Source: the human T2T-CHM13v2.0 reference genome, Homo sapiens
Assembly (NCBI RefSeq): GCF_009914755.1
Contig: NC_060933.1
Length of the DNA stretch: 64,000 bases
Strand: one strand, 5' to 3'
In this document: positions 42,400 through 58,207 of the stretch, one piece after another
How positions within the stretch are numbered: the first letter of the stretch is position 1
Layout of the letters: the number at the start of each line of letters is the position of its first letter
Program-made: the position numbers and the translations under genes
Notes under the pieces: model-generated
The model's input: only the letters and a program-made list of their open reading frames with translations
Databases searched by the model: none
What the model was told of the DNA's origin: nothing

Positions 42400-45300
42400 T
42401 TACATTCGGATTGATTCTATTCAACTCCCTTACTCTCCATTACATTCCATTCCATTCGGGTTGTTCCATTCCATTCCATTCCATTCCACTCCATTCCATT
42501 GCACTCGGGTTGATTCCATTCGATTCCATTCCATTCCATTCCATTCCATTCCATTCCATTCCATTCCGGATGATTCCATTCCATTGCATTCCGTTCCATT
42601 ACATTCCCCTGCACTCGGGTTGATTCCATTCCATTCCATTCCGTTCCATTCGATTCCATTCCATTACAATTCTTTCCATTCCATTCTATTCCGTACCATG
42701 CCATTCCATTCCATACAATTCCATTCCATTCCATTCCACTCCGTTCCGTTCCGTTCCGTTCCGTTCCGTTCCATTCCATTCCATTCCATTCTATTCGGGT
42801 TAATTCCATTCCATTCCATTCGATTGCAATCGAGTTGATTCCATTCCATTCCTTTCCATTCCATTCCATTCCATTCCATTCCTTTCCATTCCATTACGGA
42901 TGATTCCATTCCATTGCATTCCATTCCATTCCATTCCCCTGTACTCGGGTTGATTCCATTCCATTGCATTCCAATCCATGCCATTCCACTCGTGTTGATT
43001 CCATTCTTTCCATTCCATTCAAGTTGAATCCATTCCATTGCATTCCAATCCATTCCATTCCCCTGCAGTCGGGTTGATTCCATTCCATTCCATTCCATTC
43101 CATTCCATTCCATTCCGTTCCGTTCCATTCCATTACATTCCATTCTATTCGGGTTAATTCCATTCCATTCCATTCCATTCCATTCCATTCCATTCCAATC
43201 GAGTTGATTCCATTCCATTCCATTCCATTCCATTCCACTCCATTCCAGTCCTTTCCATTCCATTCCACTCTGGTTGATTCCAATGTATTCCTTTCCATTC
43301 CATTCCATTCCATTGCAATCGAGTTGATTCCATTGCTTTGCATTCCATTCCATTCCATTCCATTCCGGATGATTCCATTCCATTGCATTCCATTCCATTC
43401 CATTCCCCTGCACTCGGGTTGATTCCATTCCATTCCACTCCATTCCGTTCCATTCCATTCCATTCCATTGTATTCGGGTTAATTCCATTCCATTCCATTC
43501 CATTCCATTCCATTCCATTACAATCGAGTTGATTCCATTCCATTCCATTCCATTCCAGTCCTTTCCATTCCATTCCACTCGGGTTGATTCCATTCTATTA
43601 GTTTCCATTCCATTCCATTCCCTTCCATTCCACTCTGGTTGATTCCATTCCTTTCCATTCCACTCGAAAACATTCCCTCCTATTCCACTCGGAACGATTC
43701 CATTCCATTCCATTCCATTCCATTCCATTCCATTCCATTCCATTTCGTTCCATTTCATTCTATTCGGTATCATTCCATTCCATTCCATTCCATTAAATTC
43801 CATTCCATTCCATTCCATTCCATTGTACTCGGGTTGATTCTATTCCATTGCATTCCATTCCATTCCATTCCATTCCATTCCGTTGCATTCCATTCCATTA
43901 TATTCGGATTGATTCTATTCAACTCCCTTACTCTCCATTACATTCCATTCCATTCGGGTTGTTCCATTCCATTCCATTCCATTCCACTCCATTCCATTGC
44001 GCTCGGGTTGATTCCATTCCATTCCATTCCATTCCATTCCATTCCATTCCATTCCATTCCGGATGATTCCATTCCATTGCATTCCGTTCCATTACATTCC
44101 CCTGCACTCGGGTTGATTCCATTCCATTCCATTCCATTCCATTCCATTCGATTCCATTCCAATACAATTCTTTCCATTCCATTCTATTCCGTACCATGCC
44201 ATTCCATTCCATACAATTCCATTCCATTCCATTCCACTCCGTTCCGTTCCGTTCCGTTCCGTTCCGTTCCATTCCATTCCATTCCATTCTATTCGGGTTA
44301 ATTCCATTCCATTCCATTCGATTGCAATCGAGTTGATTCCATTCCATTCCATTCCATTCCATTCCATTCCTTTCCATTCCATTACGGAAGATTCCATTCC
44401 ATTGCATTCCATTCCATTCCATTCCCCTGTACTCGGGTTGATTCCATTCCATTCCATTCCAATCCATGCCATTCCACTCGTGTTGATTCCATTCTTTCCA
44501 TTCCATTCAAGTTGAATCCATTCCATTGCATTCCATTCCATTCCATTCCCCTGCAGTCGGGTTGATTCCATTCCATTCCATTCCATTCCATTCCATTCCA
44601 TTCCATTCCATTCCGTTCCGTTCCATTCCATTGCATTCCATTCTATTCGGGTTAATTCCATTCCATTCCATTCCATTCCATTCCAATCGAGTTGATTCCA
44701 TTCCATTCCATTCCATTCCATTCCACTCCATTCCAGTCCTTTCCATTCCATTCCACTCTGGTTGATTCCAATGTATTCCTTTCCATTCCATTCCATTCCA
44801 TTGCAATCGAGTTGATTCCATTTCTTTGCATTCCATTCCATTCCATTCCATTCCGGATGATTCCATTCCATTGCATTCCATTCCATTCCATTCCCCTGCA
44901 CTCGGGTTGATTCCATTCCATTCCACTCCATTCCGTTCCATTCCATTCCATTCCATTTTATTCGGGTTAATTCCATTCCATTCCATTCCATTCCATTCCA
45001 TTCCATTACAATCGAGTTGATTCCATTCCATTCCATTCCATTCCAGTCCTTTCCATTCCATTCCACTCGGGTTGATTCCATTCTATTAGTTTCCATTCCA
45101 TTCCATTCCCTTCCATTCCACTCTGGTTGATTGCATTCCTTTCCATTCCACTCGAAAACATTCGCTCCTATTCCACTCGGAACGATTCCATTCCATTCCA
45201 CTCCATTCCATTCCATTCCATTCCATTCCATTCCATTCCATTTCGTTCCATTCCATTCTATTCCGTATCATTCCATTCCATTCCATTCCATTCCATTAAA

Positions 45301-45400
45301 TTCCATTCCATTCCAATCCATTCCATTGTACTCGGGTTGATTCCATTCCATTGCATTCCATTCCATTCCATTCCATTCCATTCCGTTGCATTCCATTCCA
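42400..45400 (+). repeat. Tandem duplication, 2 x about 1.49 kb
   Basis: CCGTACCATGCC 42691/44189; ACTCTGGTTGATTCCAATGT 43267/44755; CTCGAAAACATT 43663/45151; CCATTAAATTCC 43790/45293. Confidence 0.87.
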
Positions 45401-48400
45401 TTACATTCGGATTGATTCTATTCGACTCCCTTACTCTCCATTACATTCCATTCCATTCGGGTTGTTCCATTCCATTCCATTCCATTCCACTCCATTCTAT
45501 TGCACTCGGGTTGATTCCATTCCATTCCATTCCATTCCATTCCATTCCATTCCATTCCATTCCATTCCGGATGATTCCTTTCCATTGCATTCCGTTCCAT
45601 TACATTCCCCTGCAGTCGGGTTGATTCCATTCCATTCCTTTCCATTCCATTCGATTCCATTCCATTCCCCTGCACTCGCGATGATTCCATTCCATTCCAT
45701 TCCATTCCATTCCATTCCCTTCCATTCCTTTCCTTTCCATTCCATTCCATTCCATTCCTTTCCTTTCCATTCCATTCCATTCCATTCCTTTCCGTTCCAT
45801 TCCATTCCATTCCATTCTATTCGGGTTAATTCCATTCCATTCCATTCGATTGCAATCGAGTTGATTCCATTCCATTCCATTCCATTCCATTCCATTCCAG
45901 TCCTTTCCATTCCTTTCCATTCTATTACTGATGATTCCATTCCATTGCATACCATTCCATTCCATTCCCCTGTACTCGGGTTGATTCCATTCCATTCCAT
46001 TCCAATCTATGCCATTCCAGTCGTGTTGATTCCATTCTTTCCTTTCCATTCAAGTTGAATCCATTCCATTGCATTCCATGGCATTTGATTCCATTCGATT
46101 GCACTCGGGTTGATTCCATTCCATTGCATTCCATTCCATTCCATTCCATTCCATTCCGTTCCATTCCATTTCATTACATTCAGATTGATTCTATTCAATT
46201 CCCTTACACTCCATTATATTCCAATCCATTCTGGTTGTTTCCATTCCATTCCATTCCATTTCACTGCATTCCATTGCACTCGGGTTGATTCCATTCCATT
46301 CCATTCCATTGCATTCCATTCGATTCCATTCCGGATGATTCCATTCCATTCCATTCCCTTCCATTCCACTCTGGTTGATTCCATTCCTTTCCATTCCACT
46401 CGAATACATTCCCTCCTATTCCACTCGGAACGATTCCATTCCATTCCATTCCATTCCATTCCATTCCATTCCATTCCATTTCGTTCCAATCCATCCTATT
46501 CCGTATCATTCTATTCCATTCCATTCCATTCCATTCCATTCCATTCCATTCCACTCGTGTTGATTCCATTCCTTTCCATTCCATTCGGTTTGAAGGCATT
46601 CCATTCCATTCCATTCCATTCCATTCCATTCCATTGTACTCGGGTTGATTCCATTTCATTGCATTCCATTCCATTCCATTCCATTCCATTCCGTTGCATT
46701 CCATTCCATTACATTCTCATTGATTCTATTCAACTCCCTTACTCTCCATTACATTCCATTCCATTCGGGTTGTTCCATTCCATTCCATTCCATTCCACTC
46801 CATTCCATTGCACTCGGGTTGATTCCATTCCATTCCATTCCATTCCATTCCATTCCAGATGATTCCATTCCATTGCATTCCGTTCCATTACATTCCCCTG
46901 CACTCGCGTTGATTCCATTCCATTCCATTCCATTCCATTGAATTCCGTTCCATTACAATTCCTTCCATGCCATTCTATTCCGTACCATTCCATTCCATTC
47001 CGTACCATTCCATTGCATTCCATTCCATTCCATTCCATTCCATTCCACTCCATTCCAGTCCTTTCCATTCCATTCCAATCACGTTGATTCCATTCTATTC
47101 CTTTCCATTCCATTCCTTTCCATTGCAATCGAGTTGATTCCATTGCTTTGCATTCCATTCCATTCCATTCCATTCCGGATGATTCCATTCCATTGCATTC
47201 CATTCCATTCCATTCCCCTGCAGTCGGGTTGAATCCATTCCATTCCACTCCATTCCGTTCCATTCCATTCCATTCCATTCCATTCCATTGTATTCGGGTT
47301 AATTCCATTCCATTCCATTCCATTCCATTCCATTCCATTCCATTCCATTCCATTACAATCCAGTTGATTCCATTCCATTCCATTCCATTCCATTCCAGTC
47401 CTTTCCATTCCATTCCACTCGGGTTGATTCCAATCTATTAGTTTCCATTCCATTCCATTCCCTTCCATTCCACTCTGGTTGATTCCATTCCTTTCCATTC
47501 CACTCGAATACATTCCCTCCTATTCCACTCCGAACGATTCCATTCCATTCCATTCCATTCCATTCCATTCCGTTCCATTCCATTCCATTACATTCGGATT
47601 CATTCTATTCAATTCCCTTACACTCCATTACATTCCATTCCATTCGGGTAGTTTCCATTCCATTCCATTCCATTCCTCTCCATTCCATTGCACTCGGCTT
47701 GATTCCACTCCATTGCATTCCATTCCATTCCATTCAATTCCATTCAGTTCCATTCCATTCCATTACATTCGGATTGATTCTATTCAACTTCCTTACTCTC
47801 CATTACATTCCATTCCATTCGGGTTGTTCCATTCCATTCCATTCCATTTCACTCCATTCCATTGCACTCGGGTTGATTCCATTCCATTCCATTCCATTCC
47901 ATTCCATTCCATTCCATTCCATTCCATTCCGGATGATTCCATTCCATTACATTCCGTTCCATTACATTCCCCTGCACTCGGGTTGATTCCATTCCATTCC
48001 ATTCCATTCCATTCGATTCCATTCCATTCCAATTCTTTCCATTCCATTCTATTCCGTACCATTCCATTCCATTCCATACAATTCCATTCCATTCCATTCC
48101 ATTGCTTTCTGTTCCATTCCATTCCATTCCATTCCATTCCATTCCATTCCATTCCGTTCCGTTCCATTCCATTCCATTCCATTCCATTCTATTCGGGTTA
48201 ATTCCATTCCATTCCATTCCATTCCATTCTATTCCATTCCATTGCAATCGAGTTGAATCCATTTCATTCCATTCCATTCCATTCCGGAAGATTCCATTGC
48301 ATTGCATTGCATTCCATTCCATTCCCCTGCACTCGTGTTGATTCCATTCCATTCCATTCCATTCCATTCCATTCCGATCCGTTCCCTTCCATTCCATTCC

Positions 48401-50059
48401 ATTCCATTCCATTCCATTCCATTCCATTCCGTTACGTTCCATTCCATTCCATTCTATGTGGGTTAATTCCATTCCATTCCATTCGATTGCAATCGAGTTG
48501 ATTCCATTCCATTCCATTCGATTTCAATCGAGTTGATTCCATTCCATTCCATTCCATTCCATTCCATTCCATTCCTTTCCATTACATTCCTTTCCATTAC
48601 ATTACGTATGATTCCATTCCATTTCCTTCCATTCCATTCCATTCCCCTGTACTCGGGTTGATTCCATTCTATTCCATTCCAATCCATGCCATTCCACTCG
48701 TGTTGATTCCATTCTTTCCATTCCATTCAAGTTGAATCCATTCCATTGCATTCCATTCCATTCGATTCCATTCGATTGCACTCGGGTTGATTCCATGGCA
48801 TTGCATTCCATTCCATTCCATTCCATTCCTTTCCATTCCATTCCATTCGGATTCATTCTATTCAATTCCCTTACACTCCATTACATTCCATTCCATTCGG
48901 GTAGTTAACATTCCATTCCATTCCATTCCTCTCCATTCTATTGCACTCGGGTTGATTGCATTCCATTCCATTCCATTCCATTCCATTCCATTCCGGATGA
49001 TTCCATTCCATTGAATTCCATTCCATTCCATTCCCCTGCACTTGGGTTGATTCCATTCCATTCCATTCCATTCCTTTCTGTTCCATTCCATTCCATTCCA
49101 TTCCATTCTATTCATGTTAATTCCATTCCATTCTATTCCATTCCATTCCATTGAAATCGAGTTGATTCCATTCCATTCCATTCCATTCCATTCCATTCCA
49201 TTCCATTCCATTCCATTCCATTCCGGATGATTCCATTGCATTGCATTGCATTCCATTCCATTCCCCTGCACTCGGGTTGATTCCATTCGATTCCATTGCA
49301 TTACATTCCGTTCCATTCCGTTCCATTTCATTCTATTAGGGTTAATTCCATTCCACTGCATTCCACTCCATTCCAGTCCTTTCCATTCCATTCCACTCGG
49401 GTTGATTCCATTCTATTCCTTTCCATTCCATTCCATTCCATTGCAATCGAGTTGATTCCTTTCGAGTTGAATCCATTCCATTCCATTCCATTCCATTGCA
49501 CACGGGTTCATTCCATTCCATTCCATTCCATTCCATTCCATTTCATTCCATTCCATTCTATTCCGTACCATTCCATTCCATCCCATTCCATTCCATTCCA
49601 TTCCATTCCGTTCCATTCCATTCCATTCCATTCTATTCGGGTTAATTCCATTCCATTCCATTCCATTCCATTCCATTCCATTCCAATCGAGTTGATTCCA
49701 TTCCATTCCATTCCATTCCATTCCATTCCATTCCACTCCATTCCAGTCCTTTCCATTCCATTACACTCGGGTTGATTCCATTCTATTCCTTTCCATTCCA
49801 TTCCATTCCATTGCAATCGAGTTGATTCCATTGCTTTGCATTGCATTCCATTGCATTCCATTCTGGATGATTCCATTCCGTTGCATTCCGTTCCATTACA
49901 TTCCCCTGCACTCGGGTTGATTCCATTCCATTCCATTCCATTCCATTCGATTCCATTCCATTCCCCTGCACTCGCGTTGATTCCATTCCATTCCATTCCA
50001 TTCCATTCCATTCCTTTCCGTTCCATTCCATTCCATTCCATTCCATTCCATTCCGTTCC

Positions 50060-50850
50060 GTTCCATTCCATTCCATTCCATTCTATTCGCGTTAATTCCA
50101 TTACATTCCATTCGATTGCAATCGAGTTGATTCCATTCCATTCCATTCCATTCCATTCCATTCCATTCCATTCCTTTCCATTCCATTACGGATGATTCTA
50201 TTCCATTGCATTCCATTCCATTCCATTCCCCTGTACTCGGGTTGATTCCATTGCATTCCATTCCATTCCATTCCCCTGCAGTCGGGTTGATTCCATTCCA
50301 TTCCATTCCATTCCATTCCATTCCATTTCGTTCCGTTCCGTTCCATTCCATTCCATTCCATTCTATTCGGGTTAATTCCATTCCATTCCTTTCCATTCCA
50401 TTCCATTCCATTCCTTTCCGTTCCATTCCATTCCAGTCCATTCCATTCCGTTCCGTTCCATTCCATTCCATTCCATTCTATTCGCGTTAATTCCATTCCA
50501 TTCCATTCGATTGCAATCGAGTTGATTCCATTCCATTCCATTCCATTCCATTCCATTCCATTCCATTCCTTTCCATTCCATTACGGATGATTCTATTCCA
50601 TTGCATTCCATTCCATTCCATTCCCCTGTACTCGGGTTGATTCCATTGCATTCCATTCCATTCCATTCTCCTGCAGTCGGGTTGATTCCATTCCATTCCA
50701 TTCCATTCCATTCCATTCCATTCCGTTCCGTTCCGTTCCGTTCCATTCCATTCCATTCCATTCTATTCGGGTTAATTCTATTCCATTCCATTCCATTCCA
50801 TTCCATTCCAATCGAGTTGATTCCATTCCATTCCATTCCATTCCATTCCA
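50060..50850 (+). repeat. 395-bp tandem duplication
   Basis: CTATTCGCGTTAATT at 50083 and 50478; GATGATTCTATT at 50191 and 50586. Both copies share the same module deletion. Confidence 0.83.
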
Positions 50851-53800
50851 CTCCATTCCAGTCCTTTCCATTCCATTCCACTCGGGTTGATTCCAATGTA
50901 TTCCTTTCCATTCCATTCCATTCCATTGCAATCGAGTTGATTCCATTGCTTTGCATTCCATTCCATTCCATTCCATTCCGGATGACTCCATTCCATTGCA
51001 TTCCATTCCATTGCATTCCCCTGCACTCGGATTGATTCCATTCCATTCCACTCCATTCCGTTGCATTCCATTCCATTCCATTGTATTCGGGTTAATTCCA
51101 TTCCATGCCATTGCATTCCATTCCATTCCATTACAATCGAGTTGATTCCATTCCATTCCATTCCATTCCATTCCATTCCATTCCAGTCCTTTCCATTCCA
51201 TTCCACTCGTGTTGATTCCATTCTATTAGTTTCCATTCCATTCCATTCCCTTCCATTCCACTCTGGTTGATTCCATTCCTTTCCATTCCACTCGAATACA
51301 TTCGCTCCTATTCCACTCGGAACGATTCCATACCATTCCATTCCATTCCATTCCATTCCATTCCATTCCATTCCATTCCATTTCGTTCCTTTCCATTCTA
51401 TTCCGTATCATTCCATTCCATTCCATTCCATTCCATTCCATTCCATTCCATTCCATTCCACTCGTGTTGATTCCATTCCTTTCCATTCCATTCGGTTTGA
51501 AGGCTTTCCATTCCATTCCATTCCATTCCATTCCATACCATTCCATTGTACTCGGGTTGATTCCATTCCATTGCATTCCATTCCATTCCATTCCATTCCA
51601 ATCCGTTGCATTCCATTCCATTACATTCCGATTGATTCTATTCAACTCCCTTACTCTCCATTACATTCCATTCCATTCGGGTTTTTCCATTCCATTCCAT
51701 TCCATTCCACTCCATTCCATTGCACTCGGGTTGATTCCATTCCATTCCATTTCATTCCATTCCATTCCGGATGATTCCATTCCACTGCATTCCGTTCCAT
51801 TACATTCCCCTGCACTCGCGTTGATTCCATTCCATTCCATTCCATTCCGTTCCGTTCCGTTCCATTCCATTCTATTCCATTCCATTCCATTCCATTCCGT
51901 TCCGTTCCATTCCATTCCATTCCATTCTATTTGGGTTAATTCCATTCCATTCCATTCGATTGCAATCGAGTTGATTCCATTCCATTCCATTCCATTCCAT
52001 TCCATTCCATTCCATTCCTTTCCATTACATTAAGCATGATTCCATTCCATTGCATTCCATTCCATTCCATTCCCCTGTACTCGGGTTGATTCCAATCCAT
52101 TCCATTCCAATCCATGACATTCCACTCGTATTGATTCCATTGTTTCCATTCCATTCAAGTTGAATCCATTCCATTGCATTCCATTCCATTCGATTCCATT
52201 CGATTGCACTCGGGTTGATTCCATTCCATTGCATTCCATTCCATTCCATTCCATTCCATTCCATTCCGTTCCATTCCATTCCATTACATTCGGATTGTTT
52301 CTATTCAATTCCCTTACACTCCATTACATTCCATTCCATTCGGGTAGTTTCCATTCCATTCCATTCCATTCCTCTCCATTCCATTGCACTCGGGTTGATT
52401 CCATTCCATTGCATTCCATTCCATACCATTCAATTCCATTCCGTTCCATTCCATTCCATTACATTCGGATTGATTCTATTCAACTCCCTTACTCTCCATT
52501 ACATTCGATTCCATTCGGGTTGTTCCATTCCATTCCCTTCCATTCCACTCCATTCCATTGCACTCGGGTTGATTCCATTCAATTCCATTCCATTCCATTC
52601 CATTCCATTCCATTCCGGAAGATTCCATTCCATTGCATTCCATTCCATTCCATTCCCCTGCACTCGCGTTGATTCCATTCCATTCCATTCCATTCCATTC
52701 CATTCCATTCCATTCCATTCCATTCCTTTCCGTTCCATTCCATTCCATTCCATTCCATTCCATTCCATTCCGTTCCGTTCCATTCCATTCCATTCCATTC
52801 TATTCGGGTTAATTCCATTCCATTCCATTCGATTGCAATCGAGTTGATTCCATTCCATTCCATTCCATTCCATTCCATTCCATTCCATTCCATTCCTTTC
52901 CATTCCATTACGGATGATTCCATTCCATTGCATTCCATTCCAATCCTTTCCCCTGTACTCGGGTTGATTCCATTCCATTCCATTCCAATCCATGCCATTC
53001 CACTCGTGTTGATTCCATTCTTTCCATTCCATTCAAGTTGAATCCATTCCATTGCTTTCCATTCCATTCCATTCCCCTGCAGTCGGGTTGATTCCATTCC
53101 ATTCCATTCCATTCCATTCCATTTCATTCCGTTCCGTTCCGTTCCGTTCCATTCCATTCTATTCCATTCTATTCGGGTTAATTCCATTCCATTCCATTCC
53201 ATTCCAATCGAGTTGATTCTATTCCATACCATTCCATTCCATTCCACTCCATTCCATTCCTTTCCATTCCATTCCACTCGGGTTGATTCCAATGTATTCC
53301 ATTCCATTCCATTCCATTCCATTGCAATCGAGTTGATTCCATTGCTTTGCATTCCATTCCATTCCATTCCATTCCGGATGATTCCATTCCATTGCATTCC
53401 ATTCCATTCAATTCCCCTGCACTCGGGTTGATTCCATTCCATTCCACTCCATTCCGTTCCATTCCATTCCATTCCATTCCATTCCATTCCATTCCATTGT
53501 ATTCGGGTTAATTCCATTCCATTCCATTCCATTCCATTCCATTCCATTCCATTACAATCGAGTTGATTCCATTCCATTCCATTCCATTCCATTCCAGTCC
53601 TTTCCATTCCATTCCACTCGGGTTGATTCCAATCTATTAGTTTCCATTCCATTCCATTCCCTTCCATTCCACTCTGGTTGATTCCATTCCTTTCCATTCC
53701 ACTCGAATACGTTCCCTCCTATTCCACTCCGAACGATTCCATTCCATTCCATTCCATTCCATTCCATTCCATTCCATTCCATTCCGTTCCATTCCATTCC

Positions 53801-56800
53801 ATTACATTCGGATTGATACTATTCAATTCCCTTACACTCCATTACATTCCATTCCATTCGGGTAGTTTCCATTCCATTCCATTCCATTCCTCTCCATTCC
53901 ATTGCACTCGGGTTGATTCCATTCCATTGCATTCCATTCCATTCCATTCAATTGCATTCCGTTCCATTCCATTCCATTACATTCGGATTGATTCTATTCA
54001 ACTCCCCTACTCTCCATTACATTCCATTCCATTCGGGTTGTTCCATTCTATTCCATTCCATTCCACTCCATTCCATTGCACTCGGGTTGATTCCATTCCA
54101 TTCCATTCCATTCCATTCCATTCCATTCCGGATGATTCCATTCCACTACATTCCGTTCCATTACATTCCCCTGCACTCGGGTTGGTTCCATTCCATTCAA
54201 TTCCATTCGATTCCATTCCATTCCAATTCTTTCCATTCCATTCTATTCAGTACCATTCCATTCCATTCCATACAATTCCATTGCATTCCTTTCCATTCTG
54301 TTCGGGTTAATTCCATTCCATTCCATTCCATTCCATTCTATTCCATTCCATTGCAATCGAGTTGAATCCATTGCATTCCATTCCATTCCATTCCGGAAGA
54401 TTCCATTCCAATGCATTCCATTCCATTCCATTCCCCTGCACTCGCGTTGATTCCATTGCACTCCATTCCATTCCATTCCATTCCGATCCGTTCCATTCCA
54501 TTCCATTCCATTCCATTCCATTCCATTCCGTTCCGTTCCATTCCATTCCATTCCATTCTATTCTATGCGGGTTAATTCCATTCCATTCCATTCGATTGCA
54601 ATCGAGTTGATTCCATTCCTTTCCATTCCATTGCATTCCATTCCATTCCATTCCATTCCTTTCCATTACATTCCGGATGATTCCATTCCATTTCATTCCA
54701 TTCCATTCCATTCCCCTGTACTCAGGTTGATTCCATTCCATTCCATTCCAATCCATGTCATTCCACTCGTGTTGATTCCATTCTTTCCATTCCATTCAAG
54801 TTGAATCCATTCCATTGCATTCCATTCAATTCGATTCCATTCGATTGCACTCGGGTTGATTCCATGGCATTGCATTCCATTCCATTCCATTCCATTCCTT
54901 TCCATTCCATTCCATTCCATTCGGATTCATTCTATTCAATTCCCTTACACTCCATTACATTCCATTCCATTCGGGTAGTTTCCATTCCATTCCATTCCAT
55001 TCCTCTCCATTCCATTGCACTCGGGTTGATTCCATTCCATTCCATTCCATTCCATTCCATTCCATTCCGGATGATTCCATTCCATTGAATTCCATTCCAT
55101 TCCATTCCCCTGCACTTGTGGTGATTCCATTCCATTCCATTCCATTCCTTTCTGTTCCATTCCATTCCATTCCATTCCATTCTATTCGTGTTAATTCCAT
55201 TCCATTCTATTCCATTCCATTCCATTGAAATCGAGTTGATTCCATTCCATTCCATTCCATTCCATTCCATTCCGGATGATTCCATTGCATTGCATTCCAT
55301 TCCATTCCATTCCCCTGCACTCGGGTTGATTCCATTCGATTCCATTGCATTACATTCCGTTCCATTCCGTTCCATTTCATTCTATTCGGGTTAATTTCAT
55401 TCCATTGCATTCCACTCCATTCCAGTCCTTTCCATTCCATTCCACTCGGGTTGATTCCATTCTATTCCTTTCCATTCCATTCCATTCCATTGCAATCGAG
55501 TTGATTCCATTCGAGTTGAATCCATTCCATTCCATTCCATTCCATTGCACATGGGTTCATTCCATTCCATTCCATTCCATTCCATTCCATTCCATTCCAT
55601 TCCATTCCATTCCTTTCCATTCAATTCCATACCATGTCATTCCATTCCATTCTATTCCGTACCATTCCCTTCCATCCCATTCCATTCCGTTCCATTCCAT
55701 GCCATTACACTCGGGTTGATTCCATTCCTTTCCATTCCATTCTTGTTGAATCCATTCCATTCCATTCCATTCCATTCGAATCCATTCCATTGCACTCGGG
55801 TTTATTCCATTCCATTCCATTCCATCCCATTCCATTTCATTCCATTCCATTCCATTACATTCGGATTGATTCTATTCAATTCCCTTACACTCCATTACAT
55901 TCCATTCCATTCGGGATGTTTCCATTCCATTCCATTCCATTCCCCTCCATTCCATTGCATCAGGTTGATGGCATTCCATTCCATTCCATTCCATTCCGGA
56001 TGATTCCATTCCATTGCATTCCATTCCATTCCATTCCCCTGCCCTCGGGTTGATTCCATTCCATTCCATTCCATTCCATTCCATTCCATTCCATTCCATT
56101 CCGTTCCATTCCATTCCATTCCATTCTATTCCGGTTAATTCCATTCCATTACATTCGATTCCATTCCATTCCCTTCCATTCCATTGCAATCGAGTTGATT
56201 CCATTCCATTCCATTCCATTCCGTTCCGGATGATTCCATTCCATTCCATTCCATTCCATTCCATTCCATTCCATTCCATTCCATTCCTCTGCAGTCGGGT
56301 TGATTCCATTCCATTCCATTCCATTCCATTCCATTCCATTCCGTTCCATTCCATTCCATTCCACTCTATTCGGGTTAATTCCATTCCATTCCATTCCATT
56401 CCATTCCATTCCATTCCATTCCATTCCAATCGAGTTGATTCCATTCCATTCCATTCCATTCCACTCCATTCCACTCCATTCCAGTCCTTTCCATTGCATT
56501 ACACTCGGGTTGATTCCATTCTATTCCCTTCCATTCCATTCCATTCCATTGCAATCGAGTTGATTCCATTGCTTTGCATTCCATTCCATTCCATTCCATT
56601 ACGGATGATTCCATTCCGTTGCATTCTGTTCCATTACATTCCCCTGCACTCGGGTTGATTCCATTCCATTCCATTCCATTCCATTCGATTCCATTCCATT
56701 CCCCTGCACTCGCGTTGATTCCATTCCATTCCATTCCATTCCTTTCTGTTCCATTCCATTCCATTCCATTCCATTCCGTTCCATTCCATTCCATTCCATT

Positions 56801-58087
56801 CCATTCCATTCCAAACGAGTTGATTCCTTTCCATTCAATTCCATTCCATTCCACTCCATTCCAGTCCTTTCCATTCCATTCCACTCGGGTTGATTCCAAT
56901 GTATTCCTTTCCATTCCATTCCATTCCATTGCAATCGAGTTGATTCCATTGCTTTGCATTCCATTCCATTCCATTCCATTCCGGATGACTCCATTCCATT
57001 GCATTCCGTTCCATTGCATTCCCCTGCACTCGGGTTGATTCCATTCCATTCCACTCCATTCCGTTGCATTCCATTCCATTCCATTGTATTCGGGTTAATT
57101 CCATTCCATTCCATTCCATTCCATTCCATTCCATTCCATTACAATCGAGTTGATTCCATTCCATTCCATTCCATTCCATTCCATTCCATTCCAGTGCTTT
57201 CCATTCCATTCCACTCGGGTTGATTCCATTCTATTAGTTTCCATTCCATTCCATTCCCTTCCATTCCACTCTGGTTGATTCCATTCCTTTCCATTCCACT
57301 CGAATACATTACCTCCTATTCCACTCGGAACGACTCCATTCCATTTCATTCCATTCCATTCCATTCCATTCCATTCCATTCCATTCCATTCCACTCGTGT
57401 TGATTCCATTCCTTTCCATTCCATTCGGTTTGAAGGCTTTCCATTCCATTCCATTCCCTTCCATTCCATTCCATTCCTTTGTACTCGGGTTGATTCCATT
57501 CCATTGCATTCCATTCCATTCCATTCCATTCCAATCCGTTGCATTCCATTCCATTTCATTCGGATTGATTCTATTCAACTCCCTTACTCTCCATTACATT
57601 CCATTCCATTCGGGTTGTTCCATTCCATTCCATTCCATTCCACTCCATTCCATTGCACTCGGGTTGATTCCATTCCATTCCATTCCATTCCATTCCATTC
57701 CGGATGATTCCATTCCATTGCATTCCGTTCCATTACATTCCCCTGCACTCGCGTTGATTCCATTCCATTCCATTCCATTCCATTCCATTCCATTCCATTC
57801 CATTCAATTCCATTCCATTACAATTCGTTCCATTCCATTCTATTCCGTACCATTCCATTCAATTCCATACCATTCCATTCCATTCCATTCCATTCCATTC
57901 CATTCCGTTCCGTTCCATTCCGTTCCATTCCATTCCATTCCAATCCATTCCATTCCGTTCCGTTCCGTTGCATTCCATTGCATTCCATTCTATTCGGGTT
58001 AATTCCATTCCATTCCATTCGATTGCAATCGAGTTGATTCCATTCCATTCCATTCCATTCCATTCCATTCCATTCCATTCCAATCTA

Positions 58088-58207
58088 TTCCATTCCATTG
58101 CAATCGAGTTGAATCCATTGCATTTCATTCCATTCCATTCCATTCCATTCCATTCCATTGCAATCGAGTTGAATCCATTGCATTTCCTTCCATTCCATTC
58201 CATTCCA
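58088..58207 (+). repeat. 60-bp tandem duplication
   Basis: CATTGCAATCGAGTTGAATCCATTGCATTTC at 58096 and 58156. Confidence 0.85.
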
